Positions 33,308-46,221 of a stretch of DNA of 64,000 nucleotides are shown here, one piece after another (the first letter of the stretch is position 1; every line of letters begins with the position of its first letter). The DNA lies in contig OZ244905.1 in NCBI GenBank assembly GCA_965221695.1, positions 1,536,001-1,600,000 on the forward strand. Direction: 5' to 3'. Origin of the DNA: Gammaproteobacteria bacterium. Lineage in GTDB: Bacteria > Pseudomonadota > Gammaproteobacteria > Eutrophobiales > Eutrophobiaceae. The notes below the pieces were generated by a model. That model worked only from the letters and a program-made list of their open reading frames with translations, was not told where the DNA came from and did not search any database. The translations under genes and the position numbers were made by a program.

Positions 33308-34245
33308 TCCAATTTCTCCGCTGCTCTCAGGATTGCGCTGCGGCCGCGCGCGTTATCCAGGTTTGCCTCTCTTCCCGTCTTGATCGGCCGTCCCAGCGGC
33401 CGCATCACAGGCTTGATTTGAGCGCTGGGAACAGGCAGGTAGTCAGGATAGTTGTCGGCGCGGGACTGCTGCCTGATAAACCTCTTGACAATCCGGTCCT
33501 CTCCCGAATGAAAACTGATCACAACCAGCCTTCCCCCGGCCCGCAAGACGCCGGTTGCCTGCGACAATGCCGTCTGTAACGCCTCAAGCTCTTTGTTGAC
33601 GTGAATCCGGATTGCCAGGAACGAGCGCGTCGCGGGATGTTTGCGCCGTTCAACGCCGGGGACTGCCGCCTCGATCAGTTCGGCAAGCTCCCGGGTGGAT
33701 GTTATCGCCTGTTTCGAGCGCTGATCCGTAATGGCCCGGGCAATGCGACCGGCATATCTTTCCTCGCCGTAATGCCGCAATACGCCTCTTATTTCCGCCC
33801 GGTCTGCCTGATTAAGCCAGTCTGCCGCGCTAAAGCCTTCATCGGGATTCATCCTCATATCCAACCTGCCGTCTCTGATGAAACTGAAGCCGCGAGAGGT
33901 ATCGTCCAGTTGCGGCGAGGAAACCCCGAGGTCAAACAACAGGCCGTCAACCTTGCCATGCAAACCAGCCTGTCCGATAACTTCGGCAAGACGAGTAAAC
34001 GAGCACGGATAGAAACTGAACAACGGGCTTGCGTCAAATTCATCCTGGGCAAACCTGGCTGCTTCCGGGTCCTTGTCAAAAGCGAACAACCGGCCCGGGT
34101 CCTGAAGACGCTGCAGGATCGCCCTGCTATGGCCGCCGCGTCCGAACGTGCAGTCCACGTAACAACCGCCGGGACGAATTGCAAGGGCTTCCAGCGCCTC
34201 CTCGAGTAATACCGGTTTATGCGTGTACCCATTCAACTTCAACAA
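33304..34245 (-). CDS. rsmH: 16S rRNA m4C1402 methyltransferase
   Basis: HKPVLL, DCTFGRGGHS, DLGVSSPQLD, ISFHS.EDR and RSAILR. Confidence 0.97.
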   Translation of the reverse strand: MLKLNGYTHKPVLLEEALEALAIRPGGCYVDCTFGRGGHSRAILQRLQDPGRLFAFDKDPEAARFAQDEFDASPLFSFYPCSFTRLAEVIGQAGLHGKVDGLLFDLGVSSPQLDDTSRGFSFIRDGRLDMRMNPDEGFSAADWLNQADRAEIRGVLRHYGEERYAGRIARAITDQRSKQAITSTRELAELIEAAVPGVERRKHPATRSFLAIRIHVNKELEALQTALSQATGVLRAGGRLVVISFHSGEDRIVKRFIRQQSRADNYPDYLPVPSAQIKPVMRPLGRPIKTGREANLDNARGRSAILRAAEKLE

Positions 34246-34259
34246 GTCTTAGCCGGGGC

Positions 34260-34718
34260 TCACAAGGACAGTGATTGTAGCGCCCCGGCCGGCTCCCCCT
34301 GTTCATCGCCAACCCGGCTCAACCAGTTCTCCCGCTGTTCGTCCCAACTTGCCCTGTTCCATATCTCGAACTTGTTGCCCTGGCCCAGGATAACGGCCTG
34401 CTTGCCGATGCGGGCGTAGTCCCGCAACTCTGCAAGGATCAGTATCCTGCCGTGGGCATCGAGCTGGCAATCGGTTGCATAACCGCGCATCATCTGCTTA
34501 GCCCTGCGGCTCTGTTTGTCGAAGTCCGACAGGTCCGCCAGTTTTTCCTCGATCAATTCCCAGTCAGGCAACGGGTACAACCACAGGGCGCGGTCCAGCG
34601 GGTTGAGGGTCTGCACCAGGCAGCCGCCGGCATCTCCCATAAGCCGTTCGCGATAGCGGCTGGGTATGGCCACTCTCCCCTTGCTGTCAAGACTGACACT
34701 GCTGAAACCCCGGAACAT
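34260..34718 (-). CDS. mraZ: Transcriptional regulator MraZ
   Basis: MFRG...LDSKGRVAIP, LDAHGRI and GNKFEIW. Confidence 0.97.
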   Translation of the reverse strand: MFRGFSSVSLDSKGRVAIPSRYRERLMGDAGGCLVQTLNPLDRALWLYPLPDWELIEEKLADLSDFDKQSRRAKQMMRGYATDCQLDAHGRILILAELRDYARIGKQAVILGQGNKFEIWNRASWDEQRENWLSRVGDEQGEPAGALQSLSL

Positions 34719-34744
34719 TGATATACCCTTGTGTTACATTAAAA

Positions 34745-34769
34745 ACCACAATTACCCACTTTTTCCCAC
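34745..34769 (-). promoter_or_regulatory. MraZ-binding direct repeats in the dcw promoter
   Basis: Minus strand GTGGG-N5-GTGGG-N5-GTGGT, three boxes at 10-bp period just upstream of mraZ. Confidence 0.8.
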
Positions 34770-34963
34770 AATAGACAACTATAGGCAACAGGACATTGTC
34801 ATGTCAAGTAAATCTTGCAACTTTTCTGCAAAAATCTGCCAGCGTTACAGGCACTTAGGAGAGGTCAGCGCCGCGCCGGTCGGTTAGCGCGGAGGGATAC
34901 AGCTATACAAATCTTTAAATATTATGCAGTTGTAACGGGTTCTTAATAAAGATCTGAACATAA

Positions 34964-35319
34964 GGGAGTCAGCCTGTAAGCCGGGTTCTGTCCAGGACAA
35001 TCATTCATCTGGGATGCATGTCGCCATACACCTCTTGCGGCCTACCCGGGGACAATGCGGGCCACATTATTGCCCCCTTATTTGGCCTTGCTCCAGGCGG
35101 GGTTTACCTTGCCGTGCCTGTTGCCAGCCACGCGGTGCGCTCTTACCGCACCATTTCACCCTTACCCATCCATAACCGGGTGGGCGGTATATTTTCTGTT
35201 GCACTTTCCGTCGGCTCGCGCCGCCCAGGTATTACCTGGCGCCCTGCCCATATGGAGCCCGGACTTTCCTCTATCCTAACCTTTTGCGGGTTACGACAGC
35301 GATTGTCCGGCTGACTCCC
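34964..35319 (-). ncRNA. rnpB: RNase P RNA (class A)
   Basis: 5' GGGAGTCAGCC pairs with 3' GGCTGACTCCC; contains GAGGAAAGTCCGGGCTCC and ACAGAACCCGGCTTA; between rsmI and mraZ. Confidence 0.97.
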
Positions 35320-35422
35320 ATATGTATATTAGTCTGAAATCGGAGCCTTTACCATCAGTCTTGTCTCCGGGGCGTCGATTGGTCTGGTATCGCGGGCTAA
35401 CGCCCGCGCTTCCAGGGACGCG

Positions 35423-36283
35423 CTATTCGGGTCGACCCGCGCCGCTTTCATCTTGCAAAGCAACAGCAACTTCATATATCTGGTTTTTGCCGACACCCGC
35501 CAGTTCGGCCGCAATCTGCACGCTCTGCCTCAAGCTCAGGTGTTTGAGCAATACCTTCAGCAAGGCCGTCAATTCAGCGTGGTCGTGGTGTTCCTGCCGG
35601 GCGCCGCCAATCACGACCACGAATTCACCCCGGTTTTGGTCCGGGTCGCTCTCGATCCAGTCAAGTAATCTGCCCAATGTTCCATGGCGTATGGTTTCAA
35701 ACTTCTTGGTCAGTTCCCGAGCAATGCACGCTTCCCTATCTGCGCCGAAGATCGTTGCTGCGTCGGCCAGAAATGTCTTGATCCGGTGTGGGGCCTCGTA
35801 GAAGACCAGGGTGTGTGTGATGTCTGCCAACGCCGCCAGGCGCTTGCGTCGAGCTGCTGCCCTGACTGGCGCAAAACCCTCGAACTGGAACTTCCCGGGA
35901 GCGACTCCCGCTGCCGACAAAGCCGCTATCAGCGCTGTTGGCCCGGGCGCCGGCGTCACCGGGATATTTTCCGCATGGGCCTGCCTGACCAGCTTGAAGC
36001 CGGGATCACTGATCAACGGAGTGCCAGCGTCGGCAATCAAGGCAATATTGCTGCCTGTGGCAAGACGGTTGATGATTCGATCGATCATTCGCTCCTCGTT
36101 GTTCTCATGGAAAGCCAGAGTCCGGGCGCTGATATCGAACGCGTTCAACAAGGTTGCGCTGTGGCGCGTATCTTCCGCCAGGATCAGGTCGACGTCTGAC
36201 AGAATTCTGCGCGCGCGGGGGCTCAGGTCTTCAAGGTTGCCAATCGGCGTTGCCACGATGTATAAGGTTCCCGGTTCAGTCAT
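35423..36283 (-). CDS. rsmI: 16S rRNA Cm1402 methyltransferase
   Basis: LYIVATPIGNLED, AEDTRH, DAGTPLISDPG, YEAPHR and RELTKKFE. Confidence 0.97.
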   Translation of the reverse strand: MTEPGTLYIVATPIGNLEDLSPRARRILSDVDLILAEDTRHSATLLNAFDISARTLAFHENNEERMIDRIINRLATGSNIALIADAGTPLISDPGFKLVRQAHAENIPVTPAPGPTALIAALSAAGVAPGKFQFEGFAPVRAAARRKRLAALADITHTLVFYEAPHRIKTFLADAATIFGADREACIARELTKKFETIRHGTLGRLLDWIESDPDQNRGEFVVVIGGARQEHHDHAELTALLKVLLKHLSLRQSVQIAAELAGVGKNQIYEVAVALQDESGAGRPE

Positions 36284-36322
36284 TGCCTGTATTTTGCGTT
36301 GGTTTCTTTATACAATAACCGT

Positions 36323-37895
36323 ATGCCCGCTTTTCTCAAAATCCTGCTGCTGTTTGCATTGTTGCAGGGCTGCGCACTGGAGGTCAGAGAGACTGCGGAA
36401 ACTACGCAATCAGCACAGGAAAGAGAGCAGTTGGCGCGCGCGCATCAAGAACAGGCGCAGCGTCTCTGGTTACGGGCGCAGGAGTTCGAACAACAAAGGG
36501 ATTTTATCAGGTCAGCCAACGAACTTATCAGCTATCAAGCCTACCTTGACCAGGACGCCGATATCAGGGCCAATACGGCGAAAATCTGGGGATTGCTGAA
36601 CCGGGCCGACAGGAAATCACTGGAACAACGCTACGGGGCCGACCCCCAGGCGCTGTCAGGCTGGTTGGAACTTGCTGTAATCAAACGGACTCTGCTGTCC
36701 GACTCCGAAGCGCTGGCGCGCGCGCTGGTATCCTGGCAGGAAAACCACCCGGCACATCCCGCTCATTCAACCATCATCGGAGAACTGCGCGCGTCTGCGC
36801 TGCTGTACCAAAAACGGCCTGGCAAAATTGCCCTGCTGCTACCGCTGCGCGGCGCATTTCGGGAAGCTGCGGAAGCCGTCAGGGACGGCTTTGTCTCTGC
36901 CTGGTTCAATTCCGGACCTGAGCGGCCTCCGGTCATGATCTATGAGGCGAACTCGCTGAATATCAATCAGGTTTATTCCAAGGCGGTGACTGAAGGGGCG
37001 GAGTTCATCGTGGGACCGCTGGAAAAAGAGGCGCTGACAAAGCTATCCGCCTGGCCCGGCCTGTCCGTGCCGACGCTGGCCCTGAACCAGGCCCGGATCG
37101 CCCCCGATATTGCGGCCAACGCCGATGCAAGCATCTTGCCTGCCCTGATACAATTCAGCCTGTCTCCGGAAGATGAGGCGCGCCAGGTGGCGGAACGGGC
37201 TTCTGCGGATGGCCGGCGCCGGGCGTTGGCCATTGTTCCCGCTGATGAATGGGGCCAGCGTCTGCGCCGCGCGTTCCGGGAAAGCTGGTCTGCTTCGGGT
37301 GGAATAATCCTGGAAGTAACAGAATACGACCCTCGTACTGACGACTACGGCGCCACGATCAAACAGTTGCTTAACGTTGACGACAGTGAGTATCGGACAC
37401 GAAGGCTTCGGCAAACGCTGGTCAGGGGCCTGGAAAATCGCGCGCGCCGGCGTCAGGACGCGGATATGATCTTCATGGCCGCATTCCCCATCACCGGTCG
37501 CCAGCTCATCCCGCAACTACGCTTCCACGACGCTGGGCACATACCTTTGTATGCCACCTCGCATATATTCACCGGCATCGTAAACGCGCAGGCTGATGCC
37601 GACATGAACGGCGTTGTCTTCCCCGACTTACCATGGATCCTGGCCCCTGAAAGTGAAATCTCTGCAATCAAGACCCTCATCAACGAGAATTTCAGGGCCG
37701 ACTCCTCCGTCTATCAGCGCTTGTATGCGTTCGGTGTAGATGCCTTTAACCTTATTTCGCAAGTAAATCGCCTGGCCTACGAAGACGAGGCTGAGTTCCA
37801 CGGGGCTACCGGGATTCTCAGCATGGCCGATGACGGACGAATAATCAGAAAACTACCCTGGGGTAAAATCATCAACGGCAAACCGGAATTGCTCG

Positions 37896-37906
<11 letters not shown>
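36323..37906 (+). CDS. lpoA: Penicillin-binding protein activator lipoprotein LpoA
   Basis: Lipobox LLQGC, IALLLPL.G, IVGPLEK, LSPEDEA and RLYAFGVDA; divergent from rsmI; start set at ATG 36323. Confidence 0.9.
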
Positions 37907-39482
<1,576 letters not shown>

Positions 39483-39542
39483 CCGGGTGCAAGACAGATG
39501 GGGACGGCGTAAAATACTAGTACTTGCGGGCGCTGGTACTGC

Positions 39543-40181
39543 TCAGGCTGATAAGCGTTCGCACATCTCGCATTCCGCTTCCGTCATGCTGGATTGAAAC
39601 GCTTTGCGTTCGAACAGCGCGCGCGCGTATTTGAGTAATGCCCGGCAACTGGAAGGCAACTTGATGTTGTACGCTTCCAAGCGCCACAACAGTGGAGCCA
39701 TGCAGCAGTCTACCAGGGTAAATTCTTCAGACATAAAATAAGACATGTTGGAAAAGATGGGGTCTATCGCCACCAGGCTGCTGCGCAGAGTCTTTCTAGC
39801 GCTGGCAGCCGCAATTTCATTTTCGCTGTTGAGTTCTTCAGCCATTTGATAAAAATCCCGAGTGATGCGATAACGCAATTGTCTGTTAATGGCTCGGGAC
39901 ATGGGGTCAACCGGCATCAGTGGTGGATGCGGAAAGCGCTCATCCAAATATTCCAGAATGATTTGGGAGTCATAAAGAACAAGCTCGCGATCCACCAGTG
40001 TAGGCGTAGTGCCGTATGGATTCAAATCCGCCAACTGCTTGGCAACCTCATCTGTCTGAGTGAACTTGACGTCGGTTTCAATTTCTTTTTCTGCCAGTGT
40101 CAGACGCACACAGTGGCTAATCGGACTGGTCGTGTCCGAATACAGCACCAGCACAGGACCTCCGTTAAGTATGTTAATCAT
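39543..40181 (-). CDS. sspA: Stringent starvation protein A (GST fold)
   Basis: LNPYGTTPTLVDRELVLY and YLDERFPHPPLMPVDP; start ATG 40181 overlaps the petC stop. Confidence 0.93.
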   Translation of the reverse strand: MINILNGGPVLVLYSDTTSPISHCVRLTLAEKEIETDVKFTQTDEVAKQLADLNPYGTTPTLVDRELVLYDSQIILEYLDERFPHPPLMPVDPMSRAINRQLRYRITRDFYQMAEELNSENEIAAASARKTLRSSLVAIDPIFSNMSYFMSEEFTLVDCCMAPLLWRLEAYNIKLPSSCRALLKYARALFERKAFQSSMTEAECEMCERLSA

Positions 40182-40972
40182 TTTATCTCTCGCCAGTATT
40201 CTTGCTTGAGCAGGTAGACGATGACCAACAACACCAACAGGTAAACGATTGTCCAAACGCCGATGGTCTTGCGTTTCAGCTTGATCGGCTCTCCCAGGTA
40301 GACCATGAAATTGACCAGGTCGGTGACTGTCTCCTCGTAGCTTTCATCCTGGTAAGGTTTTGGCTTGTCCAGGGGTTCGGTGACGACCTCGAGGTAATCA
40401 ATCTCCCTGGTGATCTTGTCATCCTTGCCAATCACTTCCTTGTACACGGGTTCCTGCCAGCCTTGGAGTTGCCAAAGCACATGAGGCATGGCAGTGTCCT
40501 GAAAAGCCAGATTGTTAACGCCATTGGGACGGGATGGATCCACATAAAATGTCATGAGGTAAGTGTACAACCAGTCCGCGCCGCGGGAACGGGCAGTTAC
40601 TGACAGATCGGGCGGAGCGACGCTGAAGTATTTCTCCGCCTCGTGCTTGCTCAAGGCAATGGTCATTGTATCGCCGGGTTTGTCGGTCCCGAACATAAGG
40701 TTTTCCTTCAGCACGCTCTCGCTGATATTCAGGTCCTTGCCCAGGCGGTTATAGCGCATGAACGAAGCCGAATGGCAACTGAGACAATAGTTTACAAAGG
40801 TGCGGGCGCCTCGCTGCAGCGATTTACGGTCGGACAGGTCAACCTCGGCGCGCATCATCTGCTCGTCGCCGGTAGCTGACAAACAGGGATTGGCCGGCAA
40901 CCACAACAGGAAAAAAAAGGTCCATATGAAAAGCCGACCACAATCTGACATGGCAACGCGCAAACTCATCAT
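40178..40972 (-). CDS. petC: Cytochrome c1
   Basis: LQRGA..FVNYCLSCH haem motif, PPDLS, AMPHVL and C-terminal TM. Confidence 0.96.
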   Translation of the reverse strand: MMSLRVAMSDCGRLFIWTFFFLLWLPANPCLSATGDEQMMRAEVDLSDRKSLQRGARTFVNYCLSCHSASFMRYNRLGKDLNISESVLKENLMFGTDKPGDTMTIALSKHEAEKYFSVAPPDLSVTARSRGADWLYTYLMTFYVDPSRPNGVNNLAFQDTAMPHVLWQLQGWQEPVYKEVIGKDDKITREIDYLEVVTEPLDKPKPYQDESYEETVTDLVNFMVYLGEPIKLKRKTIGVWTIVYLLVLLVIVYLLKQEYWREIK

Positions 40973-42189
40973 GTCACCCTTTGCGGCACAGGTTTGTCAT
41001 TGTCGGATGCAGTGTAAAACGGCATCAACAGGAAAAACAGGAAATAGATCAGGGTGAAAAACCGCGCCATCCAGGTGTAGACAGTGGTGGCGGGTTGCAG
41101 GCCAAGCCAGCCCAACACCAGAAAACTGATTGTAAACAGGGTCAGGGCAGTCTTGTACTTCCAGCCGCGATAGCGAATTGACTTGACCGGGCTCCGATCC
41201 AACCAGGGCAGGAAACAGAACAACAATGTCGCTGCGCCCATGGCCAGCACTCCGCCGAGCTGGCTCGGCACGGCCCTAAGGATGGCATAGAACGGCGTGA
41301 AGTACCACACCGGCGCGATATGCTCCGGTGTTTTCAGAGGGTCTGCGGGTATGAAGTTGTTCGCTTCGAGGAAGTAACCGCCCATCTCCGGTTGAAAAAA
41401 TACGACCGCGCAGAAAATGATCAGGAACACCACCACACCGACAATGTCCTTGACGGTGTAGTAAGGGTGAAACGGAACACCGTCCAGCGGCACGCCGTCG
41501 GGACCTTTGTGGTCCTTTATCTCGATTCCGTCCGGATTGTTCGAGCCCACCTCGTGCAGAGCGAGCAGGTGCGCGCCTACCAGACCGCACAAAACCAAGG
41601 GGAAGGCAATGACATGCAGGGAGAAAAACCGATTCAGGGTCACGTCAGAGACGACGAAATCGCCCCTGATCCATAGGGCCAGTTCATCTCCTACAAGCGG
41701 CAGCGCGCCGAACAACGAGATGATTACCTGAGCTCCCCAGTAGGACATCTGTCCCCAAGGCAGCAGGTAGCCGAAAAATGCCTCGCCCATTAGGGTAAAG
41801 TATATGAGCATGCCGATAATCCACAGCAACTCCCTGGGCCGCTTATAGGAGCCATAGAGCATGGCGCGGTACATGTGCAAGTAGATCACGATAAAAAACG
41901 CGGAAGCGCCGGTTGAGTGCATGTAACGGATCCACCAACCCCATTCGACATCGCGCATAATGTATTCGACTGAGGCAAACGCATTTTCCGCGGACGGCTT
42001 ATAGTTCATGGTCAGCCAGATACCGGTGACGATTTGGATCACCAGAACAAACAGGGCCAGCGAACCGAAGAAATACCAGAAATTAAAGTTTTTCGGGGCG
42101 TAATACCGGGCCAGGTGGTCGTTCCAAAGCTGTAGCAACGGAAAGCGCGCGTCCACCCAGTCCCGCAATGCAATCAGAAATTTCCTCAT
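40969..42189 (-). CDS. petB: Cytochrome b
   Basis: RYMHSTGAS, GYLLPWGQMSYW and TPEHIAPVWYF. Confidence 0.98.
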   Translation of the reverse strand: MRKFLIALRDWVDARFPLLQLWNDHLARYYAPKNFNFWYFFGSLALFVLVIQIVTGIWLTMNYKPSAENAFASVEYIMRDVEWGWWIRYMHSTGASAFFIVIYLHMYRAMLYGSYKRPRELLWIIGMLIYFTLMGEAFFGYLLPWGQMSYWGAQVIISLFGALPLVGDELALWIRGDFVVSDVTLNRFFSLHVIAFPLVLCGLVGAHLLALHEVGSNNPDGIEIKDHKGPDGVPLDGVPFHPYYTVKDIVGVVVFLIIFCAVVFFQPEMGGYFLEANNFIPADPLKTPEHIAPVWYFTPFYAILRAVPSQLGGVLAMGAATLLFCFLPWLDRSPVKSIRYRGWKYKTALTLFTISFLVLGWLGLQPATTVYTWMARFFTLIYFLFFLLMPFYTASDNDKPVPQRVT

Positions 42190-42791
42190 GACTGCGCGCC
42201 CCCGGAATCATCTCCAATCAATACCCGGGTATCGCTTAGATACTGGTGCGGGGGCACAACCAGATTGGTGGGCGCAGGCACGCCCTTGTAAACCCTGCCG
42301 GCCAAGTCAAACCGGCTCCCGTGGCAAGGACAGAAGAAACCTCCGCGCCAATCATCACCCAACTGATGGGACGGACCGTCTCCTTTGCGCACATGCACAG
42401 GCGAACAACCCAAGTGGGTGCATATTCCCACCACAATCAGGTAATCGGGTCGTTGCGAGCGGTATTCGTTGCGCGCATAAAACGGTTGTTGTTCAACTTC
42501 GGAGTCCGGATCTCTCAAAAACTCATCCATCTGGTCCAGATCGCCGATATCCTGTTCAGCCCGGCGCAGGATCCAAACCGGCTTGCCTCGCCATTTGACG
42601 ATTTTCAGCTCTCCAACCTCCATATCGCCGATATCCACCTCGACCGGCGCGCCGATAGCCCTGGCCCTGGCGCTGGGACCCAACGTGGACACAAATGGCA
42701 CGCTGACGCCCAACGCGCCCGCGCCGCCTACGACGGATGCGGTAGTGGTCAGGAAGCGGCGGCGTTCAGTGTTGACTCCATCATGCTTCAT
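42186..42791 (-). CDS. petA: Rieske Fe-S subunit
   Basis: Tat motif RRRFL, CTHLGC and CPCHGS; start set at ATG 42791. Confidence 0.97.
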   Translation of the reverse strand: MKHDGVNTERRRFLTTTASVVGGAGALGVSVPFVSTLGPSARARAIGAPVEVDIGDMEVGELKIVKWRGKPVWILRRAEQDIGDLDQMDEFLRDPDSEVEQQPFYARNEYRSQRPDYLIVVGICTHLGCSPVHVRKGDGPSHQLGDDWRGGFFCPCHGSRFDLAGRVYKGVPAPTNLVVPPHQYLSDTRVLIGDDSGGAQS

Positions 42792-42947
42792 TCCGTATAT
42801 CCTCAAATTCGCTCTTGCCATGAAAAACTATCAGGGTGTGAAAGTATATCACGAACTGGCTCAAATGATGAATTTGCAATAAGCAATTGCCACAATAACT
42901 GGTATTATGCGATGATCGAAATCAAACAGACAGGAGCCGTAATCCGA

Positions 42948-43733
42948 ATGTATCGCGATTCACTACTTTGTGCATTTGCCGCCATGCTGCTGCTCGGCGG
43001 TTGCGCCTGGTTCGGCGAGAAGGATGATGATGAGGCCAACAACTGGACAGTGGAACGGCTTTACTCCGAGGCCAAGGGCGCGCTCGATTCCGGTTATTAC
43101 AGCAAGGCGGTCGAATATTACGAGTTTCTCGAAACACGCTTTCCGTTTGGCGTTTTCGGACAACAATCGCTGCTGGATCTCGCTTATGCTTATTACAAGA
43201 CGGAAGAGTTTGATTCGGCCATTTCGGCCTGCGACCGCTTTATCCGCTTATATCCACAGAATGCCCATGTTGATTATGCCTACTTCCTGAAAGGAGTGAT
43301 CAACTTCAACCGCGGCAGAGGGCTGACGGAACGTTTTTTACCCATCGATTCCAGCCGCCGGGATCAAAGCTCGGCCTTGACATCGTTTCGCGCGTTTTCC
43401 GAATTGCTGGAAAGATATCCCCAGAGCCAGTATGCCGAGGACGCAAAAAAGCGTATGGTATTCCTGCGCAATCGTCTTGCCAGGCACGAAATACATGTGG
43501 CTGACTATTACATGAAACGAGGCGCATATCTGGCCGCGGCAAACCGGGCCAGGACCGTGGTGGAGTCCTACCCGCGCACGCCTGCGGCGCCCGATGCGCT
43601 GGCGCTCATGGCCAAGGCCTATAAAGTTCTGGAAATGCCTGAGCTCGCGGCTGACACCGTGCGCGTCTTGAAGCTTAACTACCCGGATCATCCGGGTATC
43701 TACGAAATAAGAGACATTGTCGTCGAAGACTAA
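42948..43733 (+). CDS. bamD: Outer membrane assembly lipoprotein BamD
   Basis: Lipobox LLGGC, TPR repeats (LAYAYYK, RFIRLYP, DYAYFLKG) and RGAYLAAANR; AGGAG upstream of ATG 42948. Confidence 0.95.
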   Translation: MYRDSLLCAFAAMLLLGGCAWFGEKDDDEANNWTVERLYSEAKGALDSGYYSKAVEYYEFLETRFPFGVFGQQSLLDLAYAYYKTEEFDSAISACDRFIRLYPQNAHVDYAYFLKGVINFNRGRGLTERFLPIDSSRRDQSSALTSFRAFSELLERYPQSQYAEDAKKRMVFLRNRLARHEIHVADYYMKRGAYLAAANRARTVVESYPRTPAAPDALALMAKAYKVLEMPELAADTVRVLKLNYPDHPGIYEIRDIVVED

Positions 43734-45352
43734 TCTTCTCTATAACGGGAAGTGATCGGGTAACGCCGGTCGCGGCCAAAGGCTCGTTCGCTGATCCTGA
43801 CACCGGGCGCGGCCTGGCGGCGCTTGTATTCGTTTCTATCCACCATCCTGATCACCTGGTAGACGGTATCCCGGTCATAACCGTCAATGATGATCTCGCC
43901 CGGGGTCTGGTCTAGCTCAATATATTTTTCCAGTATCGGGTCGAGAACATCATAGCTCGGCAGGGAATCATCGTCTTTCTGGTCAAACCGCAATTCCGCG
44001 GAGGGCGGACGGTCGATGATCCGCTGCGGTATGATCTCACCATCCCGGTTGCGCCACCGGGACAGTTCGTACACCAGCATCTTGGGCACATCCTTAAGCG
44101 GGGCGAAGCCGCCTGCCATATCTCCGTACAGGGTTGCATAACCGACCGCAAGCTCACTCTTGTTGCCGGTAGTCAATACCAGTTTCCCGGTCTTGTTGGA
44201 AACCGCCATAAGTAGCAATCCCCGACAACGGGCCTGAATATTCTCCTCGGTGGTATCTTCAGGGAGATCCTTGAAAACCGGAGATAAAATCTCTGAAAAT
44301 GCGGCAACCGGTTTCTCAATGCTAATAATATGAGAAATAACCCCCAGCCGCGCCGTCATTCGCCGCGCGTCCTCTACGCTCATCTCCGCAGTGTAGCGTG
44401 ACGGCATCAGCAACGCTTCCACGTTCTCCGGACCCAGCGCATCCACAGCGACAGCAAGGGTCAGCGCCGAGTCGATACCGCCCGACAGACCGATGACCGC
44501 TCCCTTGAATCCGTTTTTTGATACATAATCCCTGACACCGAGCGTCAACGCACGGTATACGCTTTCGGTAAAACTCAGCGGAGCGGCTTGTGGCGATGCG
44601 GCTTTCATCTTGATGCAACCATGGACCCGTTCCAGATCCACCCGATACAACCCCTGCTCAAACTGCGGCGCTTTAAAGACGAATTCCCCTTTGCCGTCAA
44701 CGACCAGGGAACCACCGTCAAATACGAGTTCATCCTGGCCGCCGACCAGATTCACATAAATGATGGCGATCTGATGGTCCACGGCGCGCCGGCGCAGCAG
44801 TTCCTCGCGCAGCGTGGTCTTATCGGTATGGTACGGCGAGGCGTTAATATTGATCAGCAGTTCCGCCCCGGCCTCCGAGGCTTCCCGCGCGTGGCCTTCG
44901 CTCCACAGATCCTCACACACGCTCAGCGCCACCTTGCAGTCCGGCGTTTCAACCAGGTTCAGGCCTGTTCCCTCGGTAAAATAACGTTTTTCATCGAACA
45001 CCCCGTAATTGGGAAGGTTCTTCTTGCGGTAGGTAGTGACGAGCTTTCCGTCACGGATCAGGCTGCTAGCGTTATACAGGCGCTTCCCGTCCGCAAGCGG
45101 ATAGCCGAGGATAACATCAATATCCTGCGTTGCGCTGACTATTTGCCGCAGGGCCTGTTTCACCTGAACGTGCAAATGGGGGCGGAGCAACAGATCTTCC
45201 GGCGGATAGCCGGTGAGAGCAAGCTCCGGAAAAATAACGGTATCGGCGCCGGCGCTGTCCCTGGCCTTGGCAATGTATTCACAAATCTGTATTGCGTTGC
45301 CGTCTATATCTCCGACACACAGATTAATCTGCGCAATAGCGATTTTTTTCAC
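43730..45352 (-). CDS. nadE: Glutamine-dependent NAD+ synthetase
   Basis: Nitrilase domain ([16 protein letters not shown]) plus [14 protein letters not shown] and PPSAEL. Confidence 0.97.
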   Translation of the reverse strand: MKKIAIAQINLCVGDIDGNAIQICEYIAKARDSAGADTVIFPELALTGYPPEDLLLRPHLHVQVKQALRQIVSATQDIDVILGYPLADGKRLYNASSLIRDGKLVTTYRKKNLPNYGVFDEKRYFTEGTGLNLVETPDCKVALSVCEDLWSEGHAREASEAGAELLININASPYHTDKTTLREELLRRRAVDHQIAIIYVNLVGGQDELVFDGGSLVVDGKGEFVFKAPQFEQGLYRVDLERVHGCIKMKAASPQAAPLSFTESVYRALTLGVRDYVSKNGFKGAVIGLSGGIDSALTLAVAVDALGPENVEALLMPSRYTAEMSVEDARRMTARLGVISHIISIEKPVAAFSEILSPVFKDLPEDTTEENIQARCRGLLLMAVSNKTGKLVLTTGNKSELAVGYATLYGDMAGGFAPLKDVPKMLVYELSRWRNRDGEIIPQRIIDRPPSAELRFDQKDDDSLPSYDVLDPILEKYIELDQTPGEIIIDGYDRDTVYQVIRMVDRNEYKRRQAAPGVRISERAFGRDRRYPITSRYRED

Positions 45353-46221
45353 TGCAATATTGCCGCAATGGCCTCTCCCAATGCGGCCGGCGACCTGACG
45401 GTCGTCACGCCTGCGGAGTCGAGCGCGGAGAACTTGTCCTGGGCAGCGCCCTTGCCACCCGAGATGATCGCGCCGGCATGGCCCATACGCCTTCCCGGCG
45501 GCGCAGTAATACCGGCGATGTAACCGACTACCGGTTTGCTGACATATTGTCCGATAAATTCCGCCGCTTCCTCTTCGGCGCTGCCGCCTATCTCGCCTAC
45601 CATGATGATTCCGCGGGTATCCGGGTCCTGCTCAAACAGCGTCAGGCAGTCAATAAAATTCATGCCCTGCACCGGGTCGCCGCCAATGCCGATGCAGGAG
45701 CTCTGACCCAGGCCGGCAAGAGTCGTCTGGCGTACCGCTTCATAAGTCAGCGTGCCGGAGCGAGAAACGATGCCGATGCAACCAGACTGGTGGATAGAGC
45801 CTGGCATAATGCCTATTTTGCATTCACCTGGCGTAATAATACCGGGGCAGTTAGGGCCGATCAGCCTAGCGTCCGAACACAAATCGATGCTGGCGCGTGC
45901 CTTGACCATGTCGATGATCGGGATGCCTTCGGTGATACAAATTATGAGTTTTATCCCTGCCTGCGCAGCTTCGGTAATAGCCTCGGCTGCAAACGCGGCC
46001 GGAACCATGATCATGCTGGCGTCTGCCTGGGTCTCCGCGACTGCCTCCTCCACCGTATCAAATACAGGCCGGTCGAGATGAGTCTGCCCGCCGCGCCCCG
46101 GAGTGACGCCGCCAACCACCTGCGTGCCGTATTCGATTGCCTGTTCGGCATGAAATGTGCCCTGACGTCCAGTGAAACCCTGGACAATCAGCTTGGTATT
46201 GTTACCCACTAAGACCGCCAT
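45349..46221 (-). CDS. sucD: Succinyl-CoA synthetase alpha subunit
   Basis: [20 protein letters not shown] and RMGHAGA. Confidence 0.98.
   Translation of the reverse strand: MAVLVGNNTKLIVQGFTGRQGTFHAEQAIEYGTQVVGGVTPGRGGQTHLDRPVFDTVEEAVAETQADASMIMVPAAFAAEAITEAAQAGIKLIICITEGIPIIDMVKARASIDLCSDARLIGPNCPGIITPGECKIGIMPGSIHQSGCIGIVSRSGTLTYEAVRQTTLAGLGQSSCIGIGGDPVQGMNFIDCLTLFEQDPDTRGIIMVGEIGGSAEEEAAEFIGQYVSKPVVGYIAGITAPPGRRMGHAGAIISGGKGAAQDKFSALDSAGVTTVRSPAALGEAIAAILQ

Noticed and set aside
35018-35314. Small ORFs over rnpB
   Set aside because: Antisense translations of the RNase P RNA gene
42246-42947. Apparent N-terminal extension making BamD 495 aa
   Set aside because: Overlaps petA on the opposite strand; the signal peptide and lipobox start at 42948
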